DNA from: Okamejei kenojei | Taxonomy: Eukaryota | Length of the DNA stretch: 64,000 bases | Direction of reading: 5' to 3' | Assembly (NCBI GenBank): GCA_035221665.1 | Contig: CM069157.1 | Span: 24,242,001-24,306,000 of the forward strand | Shown here: one piece after another, positions 52,239 through 64,000 of the stretch | How positions within the stretch are numbered: the first letter of the stretch is position 1 | Layout of the letters: the number at the start of each line of letters is the position of its first letter | Notes under the pieces: model-generated | Told to the model about the DNA's origin: nothing | Seen by the model: the letters and a program-made list of their open reading frames with translations, nothing else | Databases searched by the model: none | Position numbers and translations under genes: made by a program

Positions 52239-52823
52239 AGGCCCTGTCCCACTTAGACGATTATTTTGGCGACTACAGGCAACTAGGGTGTCGCCACATG
52301 GTTGCGGGTGACGCCTGTATGGTCATGAGTAGTTTCCTCAAGTCGCCTAAAGAGTCGTAACGTTTTTCTGGTCGCCGCTGGATTTTGAAATGTTCAAATC
52401 TGTTCGGCGACTGTGGGCATGACGTAGTTTGTCTTCTCCTGTCGTAGGTGCTGTCGTAGGTTGTCGCCAGGATGACGCAAGTTGTCACCAGATGACGTTG
52501 GTTGTCGCCGGGTGCTGACTTCGGTGAATTCCATTGACGACTACCTACGCTGATTGAATTATCTTCAGTTGTCACCGACAGGGTTTGTTGCTTGTTGTAG
52601 CTTGTCGCGGGTTGACTTTGGTTCTCATAGGTTGTTGCCTGTGTGGTCGTAGGTTGTCATAGGTGTGGTCGTCCTAATAGGTCGCCGGTTGTCAGTAGCT
52701 TGACGTCGACTAGGTGGTAGATTGTCGTAGACATTATCGTAGCGGAGTCCAATCGCCGCTTTTTCGGCGACCTGCTACGACTGTGACAGTCGCCAAAAAA
52801 ATCCCCTACGTGGGACAGGCCCT
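52239..52823. mobile_element. PIF/Harbinger MITE, 585 bp, TTA TSD, with internal gtcgtaggtt-type repeats
   Basis: tta|aggccctgtcccactta ... tacgtgggacaggccct|tta. Confidence 0.9.
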
Positions 52824-53734
52824 TTATACTGCTGATGAACTAGCTTTATTAAAACAGAACTTAAAACAATGGCAGTGTTAATTCTAGTGCCGTGTGAGTC
52901 TGGAGGTTGGAGCATCTATGCAAAAAAAATGTATATCCTAGATTTGCTAATAAAATAAAAAATTATTGAAAAGATTTTGTTTCATAATTGCAAAAATGAC
53001 TATGTAATCACCAAGCCACTGATGTAAAGCAGTCCAATTATTAACCACAGGAAATGCATCAGTTCCAAAACAAATGAACAAAAATAAAACATAGCCAAAG
53101 AATAATATTCTATATTTCAATTCTGAACAATAAACTATGTGATTTGCATAAATTGTTAATTTCTTAGCCCTCCAGTATATTGCTTCCTCAATGTTACGGT
53201 TTATGTATTAGATCAGATGATCATGTTTCAACTTTTTCACTGTCACTTTATGCTGACAAAATGATGTTTCTTTTTGAAATATTGAAACCTCAGATTAATC
53301 GGTGAACACAACTTAGGTTTTATTAGCGAGGGAAAAAAACTTAATCGCATTTAATAATCACCAGCCACTGATGAAAAATAATTTTCTCATTGTTGATTCA
53401 TGATATTCTAGTTTTATGACAGGCAAACATTTCCCTTGCATCACAATCTATATATTTGATCACTGATGCCTGAAATAGGTGTCACCTTTGAAACATTTAC
53501 TTGTATTAAATCTAGCACATGAATAAGCTCAATACATGATCTCCAACAGGAACAAAAGCATTAGTTTTAACGGAGATTCACCTACAAAAATAATTTTAAA
53601 CCAACATGACCCCCATTAAATTCATACAGCAATTAGTCAACGGGAGAAGACAGATTTCTTTAAAAAGGTATATTTGTATTGATTGTTCAGTGACAGGCAT
53701 ATGGTGGAAATTAAGAATTTCAGTGTGTTAAGAA

Positions 53735-54082
53735 CATAGCACACTCCCATTCCGAATTGGACCTTTCTGTCCTGGGCCTCCTCCATGGCCAGAATTAGTC
53801 CCACTGCAAATTGGAGGAGCAGCACCTCATATTTCGCTTGGGCACTTTACACCCCAGCGGTATGAACATTGACCTCCAATTTCAGGTAGTAGTTGCTTTC
53901 TCCCTCCTTCCCCTCCCCTTCTCAGCTCTCCCACGGCCCACAGTCTCTGCCTCTTCCTTTCTTTTTCCCGCCCCTCCACCCCACATCAGTCTGAAGAAGG
54001 GTCTTGACCCGAAACGTCACCTATTGCTTCGCTCCATAGATGCTGCCTCACCCGCTGAGTTTCTCCAGCATTTTTGTCTACC
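53735..54082 (+). mobile_element. Penelope 3' fragment: GIY-YIG C-terminus plus hammerhead-like core
   Basis: LSVLGLLHGQN..HCKLEEQHLIFRLGTLHPSGMNID; ctgaagaagggtcttgacccgaaacgtc at 53991-54018; ttcagtgtgt at 53719-53728 and 54083-54092. Confidence 0.9.
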
Positions 54083-54094
54083 TTCAGTGTGTAA

Positions 54095-54664
54095 TGGGCC
54101 ACCTGGGTGACTTTTTAGGCAACTGCAGGAGACATTGTAGTCACCACATGTTTGCGGGTGGTTGCCGGGGAGTCGCCTTCATGGTCGTGAGGAGTTCCCA
54201 CATTTTGGGATCTAGTCGCAGATTCATTATTGTCGCCGAGAATTTTTCGACATCTGGAAAAAGTAGTGGCGACTAGAATGAAGTCGCCATGGAGATTAGC
54301 GAGAATTCTTGAGCCGTAGGTGGGTGGCAAGGTGGTCCTAGTGGGTTGCCAGGAGGTTGAAGGTTCTCGAAGGTTCTCATAGGTTGGAGCCAGTGCTGAC
54401 CAGTGAATTTCATTGGCTCATTGGGGGAAAAAAAAAGGTAAGCAGTACTTTTCAGAACCAATGAACCGACCAGTAATGTTAAATGTCCGCCGAGCTTCAC
54501 GGCCGTGTGTCTCTGGCTTCTTAAAAGTTCTTTCCACTCCTTCTGCCCCCCCCTCCTCTTTTAATGGACTTACCGTACACTGTGCTAGCCGTCTTAATTA
54601 CAGCGCCAACCTTCCTGTTCATCGCGGTGTGTGTGGAATTTTTTAGACTGCACTCCCCTGCTTG

Positions 54665-54697
<33 letters not shown>

Positions 54698-54715
54698 CCA
54701 TTCTGACATGGTGCG
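54095..54715. mobile_element. PIF/Harbinger MITE, same family as 31510; right TIR lost; contains (TG)n
   Basis: Collinear with 31510-32140; starts taa|tgggcc; TG microsatellite at ~54666-54696. Confidence 0.85.
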
Positions 54716-56378
54716 CACTATACATTAAGACACTTTGGGATAAAAGTATCTTCGACAATTTTAAATAAGAACAGACATTATTGGAAAAAAAAACCCACAG
54801 ATCAAGCAACAACTGTGGGCAGAGAATGAAAGCTAACATTTTGGTTTTTCAACTGAAAGATCACTCTGTTCTCCATCTCAGGGTCATTTGCATGACTCTG
54901 GAAGTTGCTGCTGAAACATATTGGTGGACGTCTCCGATTCCTCTTCCTCCGAGGTTCAGTGTTCGGAGGAAAAGTCATCAAACTAAAATGTTGACCATTT
55001 CCTCAAATATTCCAACACTTTCTGCTTTATTTCTACTTTTATCTTCCTATCTTTTCTTTGATTTCTCTATCTCCATATATAATCGATGGTCTTGTGACTA
55101 ACATGTAACTAACATTTCATTTCTCTTTACAACACTTTCTGTCACTTTGTCGATTGTAAAGTCATTCTTGCATGTCAATGCAAATTTCACATCAATAGTT
55201 CCTCAGTTGCTATCATTCCCCATGTAATTTTGGAGCTGTGCTGGAACCTACCTGTGATTTGTCTTCTTGGAATATGGAGAACAATTCATTCTTACTAACC
55301 CAGTAAAATCCCCTTTTCCCTCTGGTGCATTAAAGATTGTGTTAGTTCATTTTCCTATTCTTGTCCCCAATTAGAAAATAATGATGCTGCTGTGATAATC
55401 GCCTTGAAATGTTGATTTATTTTCTCTCTCCTCAAACATTCCAATATTTTCTGCTTTTATTTCAGATCCAGTTTCAATGGAGCTCCTCTACCTTCACATC
55501 ATGACCAATATCCACCAGTTCATGGCTTCTCTTAATTCCATGACCTGACTTTCCCCTTTTTTAACTTCTCCATCTGTGTTACATTTGTTCTAACAGCATC
55601 TTTTATATCACAACTTCTCTTAGATTGTTGCCTAATTCCTTGACTGATGAGTCTACTCGAATATGAATGCAAGGCTCATATGTTCTACTCCCTATATATC
55701 TGTTGCCATGCATTCCCATAAACATGATCCCATCAAACACATTTCCTTTTCTCTTCAAGATTTGTGAAGGACTGTTCACACCTTGACAACCTGGTTGATT
55801 CTTCCTTCTACAAAGATATTCTCCTTCACATGGCATCCTGCTGAGTAACTGTAGCAGATACTAAATTTGCCTTTTCAACACATCCCCTTATTGACTCTTC
55901 CAACTTACCAGAGTGCAAAAGACTCTTTCCAAGTGAAAATTTGCCCTGATTATTTTATTCCAATTAGAATTGATTCATTGTACATAGAGGTATTCTTTAA
56001 AAAGAAAACCAAACAGATGATGCTATCATTTTGTAGAAAGGGTCTGTTGAGCCTTCAGGCATAACTCCAAACTTACTAAAACTATGTTGCTTTAATCCAT
56101 TGTTCCATTTGGAATCTGACCTCTCCATTCTCAGTCTCCTATATTTGGAGAAGATACTGTAGTTTTTCCATCCTTTACTACTCAAACTGACACTCTTTTC
56201 AATGTCCATCAGCCCTGCACTGCAAGAGTCAGCTGTGGTACAAATTCTAATTCACTGGCTGACAGTGTCATAAATAAATATCCTGCTTCAAATAATGTTT
56301 CTGTCTGCTATTTACAGTCTCTGGACCCTTGTTTTAATTCTTCACTTTCTCAGCTCTTTTAACTTTGCACAATGGCCC

Positions 56379-56465
56379 TTTTGATATTTAGCACCAGCCT
56401 TTCTTGCTATTTAAGACATTTTGATATTTAGCACCAGCCTTTCTTGCTATTTAAGACATTTTGAT
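56379..56465 (+). repeat. Perfect 40-bp tandem duplication
   Basis: ttgatatttagcaccagcctttcttgctatttaagacatt at 56381-56420 and 56421-56460. Confidence 0.95.
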
Positions 56466-59074
56466 CTTTCCTTCCCATGCCCCTTTCACTATACATCAAA
56501 ATATAATTGTTTGTCTTTTTTTCAGTCTGATGGAAGGACATTAATCTATGCCTCACTCCCAAGCTTAATATTTCCATTATTTTCCATTTTATTTCTGATT
56601 TCTGGCATCAACTGTATTTTGCATAATAGAAATCCTGGAAAGATCAACAGTAATTTCTTTGTGATAATAACTTTTTTTTTAACTGAATTAATGTTGAGAG
56701 GCTGCTCTCTCGCTCTGGCGAGCCAGTGAACATACTTTCAGAATAAGGAGATTAGTGATTTAACCCCAAAAATAAATTCCTTCAGTGAAAGAATTTAGCA
56801 CATTTAGAATTAACTGTTACAGAGAATACCTGATGGGTAGTTTCTGACTTCATTCAAGAAATAAACCAGTAGTAAGCAGTTGCCAAAAATGATCAAGTAC
56901 ACATGAGAACATTGAGATGGTGTCAAAGAAAGGGTTAGGCATTTCTACAATGAAGTGAGGCTGGAAGTTGGGAAGAAGCAAGTAAAGTTAGGTATACATC
57001 TACACAAAGAGAAAAGGTGCAAAAATACAAAAAGGAAGCAAACAAAATTAAATATATGGTTGACTTTATCTTTTTTTCCCCAAAGTAGTATTACTGTGTT
57101 ATTTGTGCTGTGCTACATTTTGTATTCAGGTTTAGGCATCAAGCTTCAGGAAGAATGTGGATCTTAGACCATGAACAAGGTGCTCACCATTTAGCCCCTG
57201 AACTTGTTTGTCATTTACTTAGATCATGACAGACATTTGACCTATCAATACCAGTCCCTTCCCTTTAACTCTCTATAACACTGGTTTACAAATCTATTAA
57301 TCCAGGCCTAATAATGAACAATTGGCCAACCATCAATTGTCATTTATAGAAAAGAGTTCAACATTTCTTCAACCCTCATCCTCCTTTACTCCTCATCTCA
57401 TAATTTCTACTAAATACAACCCCTAGTTTGTGTAATCATGCCTGATAATTTAAGCCGTGAAGTCTACCTCTCATTTGGTATATCTAGCTAGTAAAATCTA
57501 AAATGCCCTTTTAAATTTAATATATTTTCAGTGCATTTTGCTGCTGTACCATGACTTATGCCTCCAAGTACTCCGCTGCAGATAAAAACTCGCATTCTAT
57601 CAGCCTTTTTGATAATAATGTGCACCTATCCACAAGATTTTAACTATCTACATATTATCACAACTCACTTCAGATTCCCATGCTTTTAACTAATTCTACC
57701 TATTCTGCACATTTCACGCCCAAAATAGCGAACCTCACATTTATCTGTATTGAGAAGCATTAGTTTTACAGATTTTTCGTATCTGTTATAATGTATTGTC
57801 TCCATCTCTTCTGTCTATAAGTGCTTATGACACCACTTCACTTGGTGTCATCAACTAACTTAGAACTGCTTTTCCACCTCATCATTTAAATCCATGGTTT
57901 GCAACCTTCATGGCTATCTTGGGCATTCCATGTAATAACATACAAAGTCTTTTTTTAAACTTATTTTTACTTTTTGTCAACTTTCTAATTTACCAATATA
58001 TTATTGCAATTCAAAGCCCCCCCCCCTCTTAATCTCTGGTGTCCCTTGCACAGCCTGAGAGAGTCATCTATCAACAAATGAGCTTAGAAATTGGATTACA
58101 ATAAATATTTTTCTTTTATGTGTAAAAATGCAGAGGTGGTTTTGCACCCGTTTTAAAGAGTTTGTTCCATTGAGGCATTGAAGACACTCCCCAATCAGAA
58201 AACTAATTTCTTGTTAATTACTTTCCCAAATTAAATTGGAGCACAAGATTGTGACTCGTGCTTCAAAATAAACTTACACCTCAACAAGGAGCAGGTCACA
58301 TTCAAAGTGATGATCTATATGTGATTTGAGATGTGCCTCCAGGATAAGATGTTGAAAATAATCCACAGTACTTCTGTATGCGTTGCAGACAGTTCTCGCG
58401 AGTGAGAGTGGATGTTATAAACTGATAACAGCAGTTCATAGATCTCTCCATATATGAACAAGATGCAGCCTCTGATCACTGGGTCTTGGGATCACTCCTG
58501 ACTACAGGAAGCAGTCAGACCATGCTCAGGTTCCAGTCCAAGGACAGCCAGGATACCCCTTTAAAGACTGCAGCCCACCCTATTTCTTTATTTATCCCCA
58601 CTCTTCAAAGTCAAGAACCACTTCTTCAGATTTAGAAAAGTATACATTTGAGAAAGGGAAACCAGGAATTATGAATCCGTTTGTTTAATAACCTGTTGTT
58701 GAAAAATTCCCATCGTATCGAATGAAACATAGTGCGAAAAAAAACCTTTAAAAATGTAGTTCATCTGGAAAATACAGCCTGCGGCCATCTTGAAGAGATG
58801 TAATAGGGCTGACTCATTTCCCCTTTGGTCCTTGCATGTATGCTTTTGCTGATACAAGCTGAGCAAGAAGCAATGTGTGTAAAATGAGCAGATGGGTTTT
58901 TAAAAGCAGCAACCATATTAGTGGTGACACAAGGAACTAAAGCTGCTGGAAGCTGTGTAGAAGAGAAAGGGCTGAAGTAATTCAGCAGATCAAGTAGCAT
59001 CTAAATGGAGGACATGGACAGGGTGTCGATACCATTCTTCATGTCTTCTTAAAGCATTGATCCCCTCCAAACTC

Positions 59075-59325
59075 TTTTTAGACTTTAGAGGTACAACAAG
59101 GATGCAGGCTCGTTAGCCCATTGCGTTCGCGTTGGCCATCGATCACCCCGTATACCAACACTATACTGCACACGAGGGATGATGTACAATTTTACCAAAG
59201 CCAATTAACCTACAACCTGTCTTTGGAGTGTGGGAGTAAACCAGAGCATCCAGAGAAAACTCACGCAGTCACGGGGAGAATGTACAAACCCCGGGTCTCT
59301 GGTGTTGTAAGGCAGTAGCTCTACC
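59075..59325 (-). mobile_element. HE1-like V-SINE
   Basis: ttggagtgtgggagtaaaccagagcatccagagaaaactcacgcagtcacggggaga (reverse V domain). Confidence 0.85.
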
Positions 59326-60425
59326 AATATTTTTTACAGGTAGATTTTGATTTGATTGTGCTCTGCCCAGTGACCTTTTATTGCCCGAAGGATGAAGGTA
59401 ATCCAGTTTCTGGGAAATAGTGAACAGGTCATGAAGAACCAAACACATTCTACCCCTTAGAGGAACTGCCATGACCCATTACTCTGTCAACTGTGGCTCT
59501 GCCAAATTCTCAGCCCGAATCCATGAGCATAAACTAGCAGGTTCTCATTTAAGATTTGAATCTAGAGAACATTAGAAGAGGATAATAAGAGTATGATTAA
59601 CTTCCAGCAAACCACAATATGGTAAACATTTGTTTTTGGAGTTTTGTCTTTCTTTAACATCTCAATATACTTTATTAGTGTTATTTTACTTATCTCAGTT
59701 TAGCTTTCTGTTTTTGGAAGAGGCTTGGTTAAAGGTGGGGTTGCTAACTTTCTCTACTCGTAATGCTACGCTAAAGTAATCATTCTACTTGATTACTTCC
59801 TAACACTTACAAGACCACCAGTTACCATTGTTAAAATAGCTCCCGAAAATCCCAAAATCCTACTTTCTATTTAATATATGGTTTTGATTGAGATTTCCAA
59901 GAAGACACAAACTTTGATTTTAAAAAGATATGCTGTTTTTCTGTTAAGTTTTACTGCAAATCTGTTTTTCTTTTATGGATTGTGTGTCAGGAATCATTAG
60001 CATCTTTTACATTCTCTGTTAACTATGCCATGACAAATGTCATCTGGACTGGGTGCAGATAAATGTGTCACTTTTCCAAGTTTCAAACCAAGTGCAAATT
60101 GTAAACACTGTTGACAAGATGGTCTGATTGTCAGCAGCTGCGTCAAATCAAAAGACGTGAAGAATTATTGGATTATTAATTTTTCAGAATGTGGGTATAT
60201 TGTCAAGGCCAGTATTTATTGTCTACCCTTGAATGCTCCTTGAGAAGGTGGGCTGCTGCAATTATTTTAGATAATTTCCCCCCGCAGTTCCAGGACATGT
60301 CCAAAAATGAATAAAAGGGTTTATATTTCCAAGTGAGGAGGATGGGCAACTTAGAGGGGAACCTGCAGAAGGTGGTGTTTCCATGTAGCTGCTGCCATTG
60401 GCTTTCCTGGTCTGGGATATGCTCT

Positions 60426-60459
<34 letters not shown>

Positions 60460-60879
60460 CGAGGGGGGGGCGGGGGGGGGGGCTAGGTGAATAACTGCAG
60501 TGCATTTTGGTGAAGACACACAATGAAGTCACAGTGCATGTTTGGTGAATGGAATGAAAGTTTGTGCAGGATGTCAATGATGCCATCCCTTGTTCTGAAT
60601 ACTGCCAAGTGCATTGGGAGTTGAGGATACGCTGCTCTCATCCAGGCAAGTGGACAGCATCCCAGCACATATCTGACAATGTGTTTGTCGGATGGTGAAA
60701 AGTAATTGAAGGGCAAAGGTTATTCGCAACACTAAATTCAACTCCTGTCTTCTTCGTGTAGAATTACAAATGTTGGTATACAAAATTAATACACTTGATA
60801 CCATTTTGCAGAAAATATATTCATATTTAAATGTAGATCCGGAGTTATCCAGTGTTGCTGATAATGTCATGTCACTCTG

Positions 60880-61165
60880 AGTCAATTAGTACTCTATAAC
60901 CACCCAGCTTCCAACATTCCAAGGAAGAAAGTCCGAGCATGCCCAATCTTTCCCTGTAGCTCAGGCCCTCGAGTCCCAGGTATATCCTCGTAATTTTTCT
61001 CTGACCTCTTTCCAGCTTAATGACATCCCTTCCATGACCAAAACAGAACACATATGCAAATGCTTGTCTGACGTCTTGTACAACTGAACCTAATACCCCA
61101 AATTCTGCACACAATACCTTGATTGATGAAGGTCATCATACCATAAGCCTCCCTTACAACCCAAC
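60880..61165 (-). mobile_element. CR1 LINE fragment
   Basis: GRDVIKLERGQRKITRIYLGLEGLSYRERLGMLGLSSLE (ORF 60872). Confidence 0.85.
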
Positions 61166-62269
61166 CTACCTGCCCAACAAATAGACTTTCCTGCTGTTGG
61201 GATAAATATCTGCAGGTTTAATTAATTGCAAACAAGTTGAAAACTTTTTACACATGCATCTCAGAAGCATAATTAACAAGATAAATAACGCAAACATTTA
61301 CAAGAATGAACTAAGTAACATTTGAATTTTTTTTTCGTTTGTGCAGGATCACAAATTTAGGAAATATCTGATGGGCGTGTACTTGAATAAGTGGAATGTC
61401 CTAGAGACCTAGAGGGAAACATTATCTATCAACATGAATGATGCTGTCTGAAATGATGTGACATTGTCAGTGGAGAAATGTTCACAAAGTTGAAATTGAT
61501 TGATTTGTCCATAGTGTATATTAAATGGCAGCTTTGTCTAGAAGTAGCGTATTATTTGATTTGACAGTTGTTGATAGAATTGCTAATAGTGTAAAAAAAT
61601 GTCAATCGTGTGAAAATCTATGCAAAATATTATTGGCAAGATGTCATTTAAGTTAATGCAAGATGAACACATCTCATTCATTGGAAAATGTGGCAACTCT
61701 TTTAAAAATGAAAATATCTATATTTTCAATTTTTACTATCTTTCAGAGCTATAATTTTGCAGCACAAGTTGATTTAATTACCGTAAGTAAATGTTATTTG
61801 CAGAATACTCTGCATTTTCTTGTGATGAGAAAGTAATTACTCAAGGAAATTAAATCAGTGAAAATAAACCTTCATCCTGATGTCATTCTAAAGGTACTTT
61901 GGCACATATTACCAAAGTTCTTGGAATATGGAGACAAGGTTACACACATTGCATATTTTTAAACAAAATGTTTGACTCAGATTTATTTGAGTATTTTTGT
62001 TATAGCTGGATCTCAAAAACCAAGCTGTCATCATTTTAACACGCAATTAAAATTTCAAAGCATGCTTCAACTTTAATGCCCTGCCACCATAATACTTTAC
62101 AATCTGATGTAACACGAGTTAACACTTGCATGTCCAGGTTAAATTTCACACTGTTCTCCTACACCAAACACAAAGAAAATGGTTCCTGACAGAAGCTGCA
62201 TTAGAAGCTCCAAGCCGTTATGACTTTGCTATGCTGATGACTGGCAAGGGCAAGGGCATCAGGCTGCAT

Positions 62270-63060
62270 AAGGTGGCACAGCTGTTCAGCGAGTAGAGTT
62301 GCTTTCTATCCTCTCCAGCAATCCAGGTTCAATGCTGACCTCCAATGATACCTGTGTTTGGGGTCGGCCTGACCATGGGCGGAAATCTTGGGGGGACGGG
62401 GGGAGGGACACGTTCCCCCCCCCACCCCCCATGCTTTGAGAGGTGGGGGGGCAATCTCCCTCCATGTTTTGTAATCCGGACTTTATCAGACGCTTTCTAA
62501 GGGCTGAATCAGCCTGATGCGGCTTAAATCAAACTGCTGCATCGAGGCGATCGAGGCAATGACTCCAACTCTCCTGCTTTCGGCGGGAGATCGCCCGCTG
62601 AAAGGCCATTTTTGCAAAATCTCCCGCTCTCCCGCTTGCGGGATTTCAAGCGGGAGAGCGAGAAATTTCGCAAAATCTCAAGCGGGAGAGCGGGAGATTT
62701 TGCAAAAATGGCCTTTCAGCGGGCGATCTCCCGCCGAAAGCGGGAGAGTTTGGAGTCACTGTCGAGGCTCCCGATATTGAAGCCCCCGCCGGCCGATGAA
62801 GAACCCAGCGAACGGGCCGATTCAAGGCCCACGATTTGGGGCAGGCGAAGCTGCTGTTACTGGAATTCGGAGTCGGTCACCAACCAGGTCAGCTGCCTGG
62901 GCCTGACCGTGTGGGTTTCGTCCAGGGGCTCCGGTTTCTACCTACATAGTGACTGTGGGGAGGTTGGTAGGTAAATTGGCCACTTTGAAAAGCCTCTAGT
63001 TTGTAGCCAAGTGGTAGATCCTGATGGGGGATGGGGTGAGGAGCAGTGAAAGGAGTGTGG
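62270..63060 (+). mobile_element. V-SINE split by a hAT-like insert (62374-62899)
   Basis: Head with caggttcaatgc at 62270-62373; V domain resumes tgaccgtgtgggtttcgtccaggggctccggtttc at ~62904; ggcctgac at 62366-62373 and 62900-62907. Confidence 0.75.
62557..62761. mobile_element. 205-bp palindromic MITE with ~80-bp inverted arms and apparent 6-bp TSD
   Basis: tcgagg|caatgactccaactctcc...ggagagtttggagtcactg|tcgagg; arms at 62557-62638 and 62679-62761. Confidence 0.85.
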
Positions 63061-64000
63061 AGAGAGTACGATCGCACTGAGTGTTAGTATAAAATTGGTG
63101 AGCTGAAATGGCTTCCTTATAAGTTGTAAGGAAATAAACAGAAATAAAAGGTTAACATGGAGATGTGGGAAAATGTTAGAGTGGACACAATGACCTTTTC
63201 TGCACCCTGCGCAGCTGCCTGTCCTGATCAGATCGTGTGCTTCAAGTGGCCTTATGCCACTGTAAAATGCGGGAAGATCAGTGATGCAGAACATACAGTA
63301 TGCAACCCTGATGTGCATGTAATACGAAGAGGCTGCAGTCAGGGATGGATCATCTAATGATGAGGTTTGAAATATCCTGAACATTGAAAACTGAAGCAGG
63401 CAGATGCCATGTGCAAGGTATCGATGTCAGAATGGAAACACTATAATTGACAAGTCATTCCCAATCTCAGCATGAGTGTTCACAAATGTCAAATGGTGCA
63501 TTGAACAGCTACAATTTATGCTGGTATGGGAGGAATTAAGCAGTGCATGACTTGAGACATTATTATGTACGTGACTGACACTGGGAAAACATCAGATCCC
63601 CTAAGGTAAATTGTGCAGAGAAAAGTCCAGGCTAATTTCTCATTCGGGATGATTTCACCCACAAAATATTGACAATATAACCAGAGTTAAAAGGCTTTAT
63701 TGTACAATTTATGGCGCTACTGGACCCAACTTCATACCCTAAAGCCAGTTAATGTTTGGCAGAGGAAGAAGATTGATTGAGGCAGGGGACTGAAGAAAGA
63801 TTCCTGACTGTTGTCCGTTAAGTCAAACTCTAAAAATAACTAATAATTGGGCTAATTAGATGAACAAGTTTTAATTTAAAACATTCTCTCAAACAATATA
63901 AAATTATCTTCTGTTATCTTTTACAGCAGTGCATTTCTATTTATATATTTAATTGCATGCTTGAGTACATCTCTGTATCTGCCATCTAATTGGGTTTCTT

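Noticed and set aside
60427-60483. Poly-G tract as a functional G-quadruplex (also 34579, 45526, 29221, and poly-C at 37286)
   Set aside because: Homopolymer expansions within or beside repeats, with lengths prone to sequencing error; no evidence of function.

Overview
Eukaryotic, AT-rich, repeat-dense vertebrate DNA. The repeat set (HE1/V-type tRNA SINEs, CR1/HER1, Rex1/Babar, RTE, Penelope remnants) points to a cartilaginous fish, probably a skate or ray (inference). The only host coding sequence I can support is one 113-bp minus-strand exon at 43008-43120. It encodes the end of the first CUB domain of a CSMD-family gene, most like CSMD2, so the window is probably all giant intron. The rest is decayed and nested mobile DNA: about 15 SINEs, many LINE fragments, PIF/Harbinger MITEs with TWA target duplications, hAT-like MITEs, and short Penelope-derived inserts with hammerhead-ribozyme cores and 10-16 bp TSDs. 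The most unusual structure is at 10080-11190: six copies of a ~47-bp repeat separated by 118-156 nt intervals, five of which are N. It sits inside a 2.37-kb non-autonomous Harbinger element. The layout is CRISPR-like, but there are no cas genes and the one readable interval is an (AC)34 cassette. Boundaries of old repeats are approximate, and family names come from motif recognition, not database searches.
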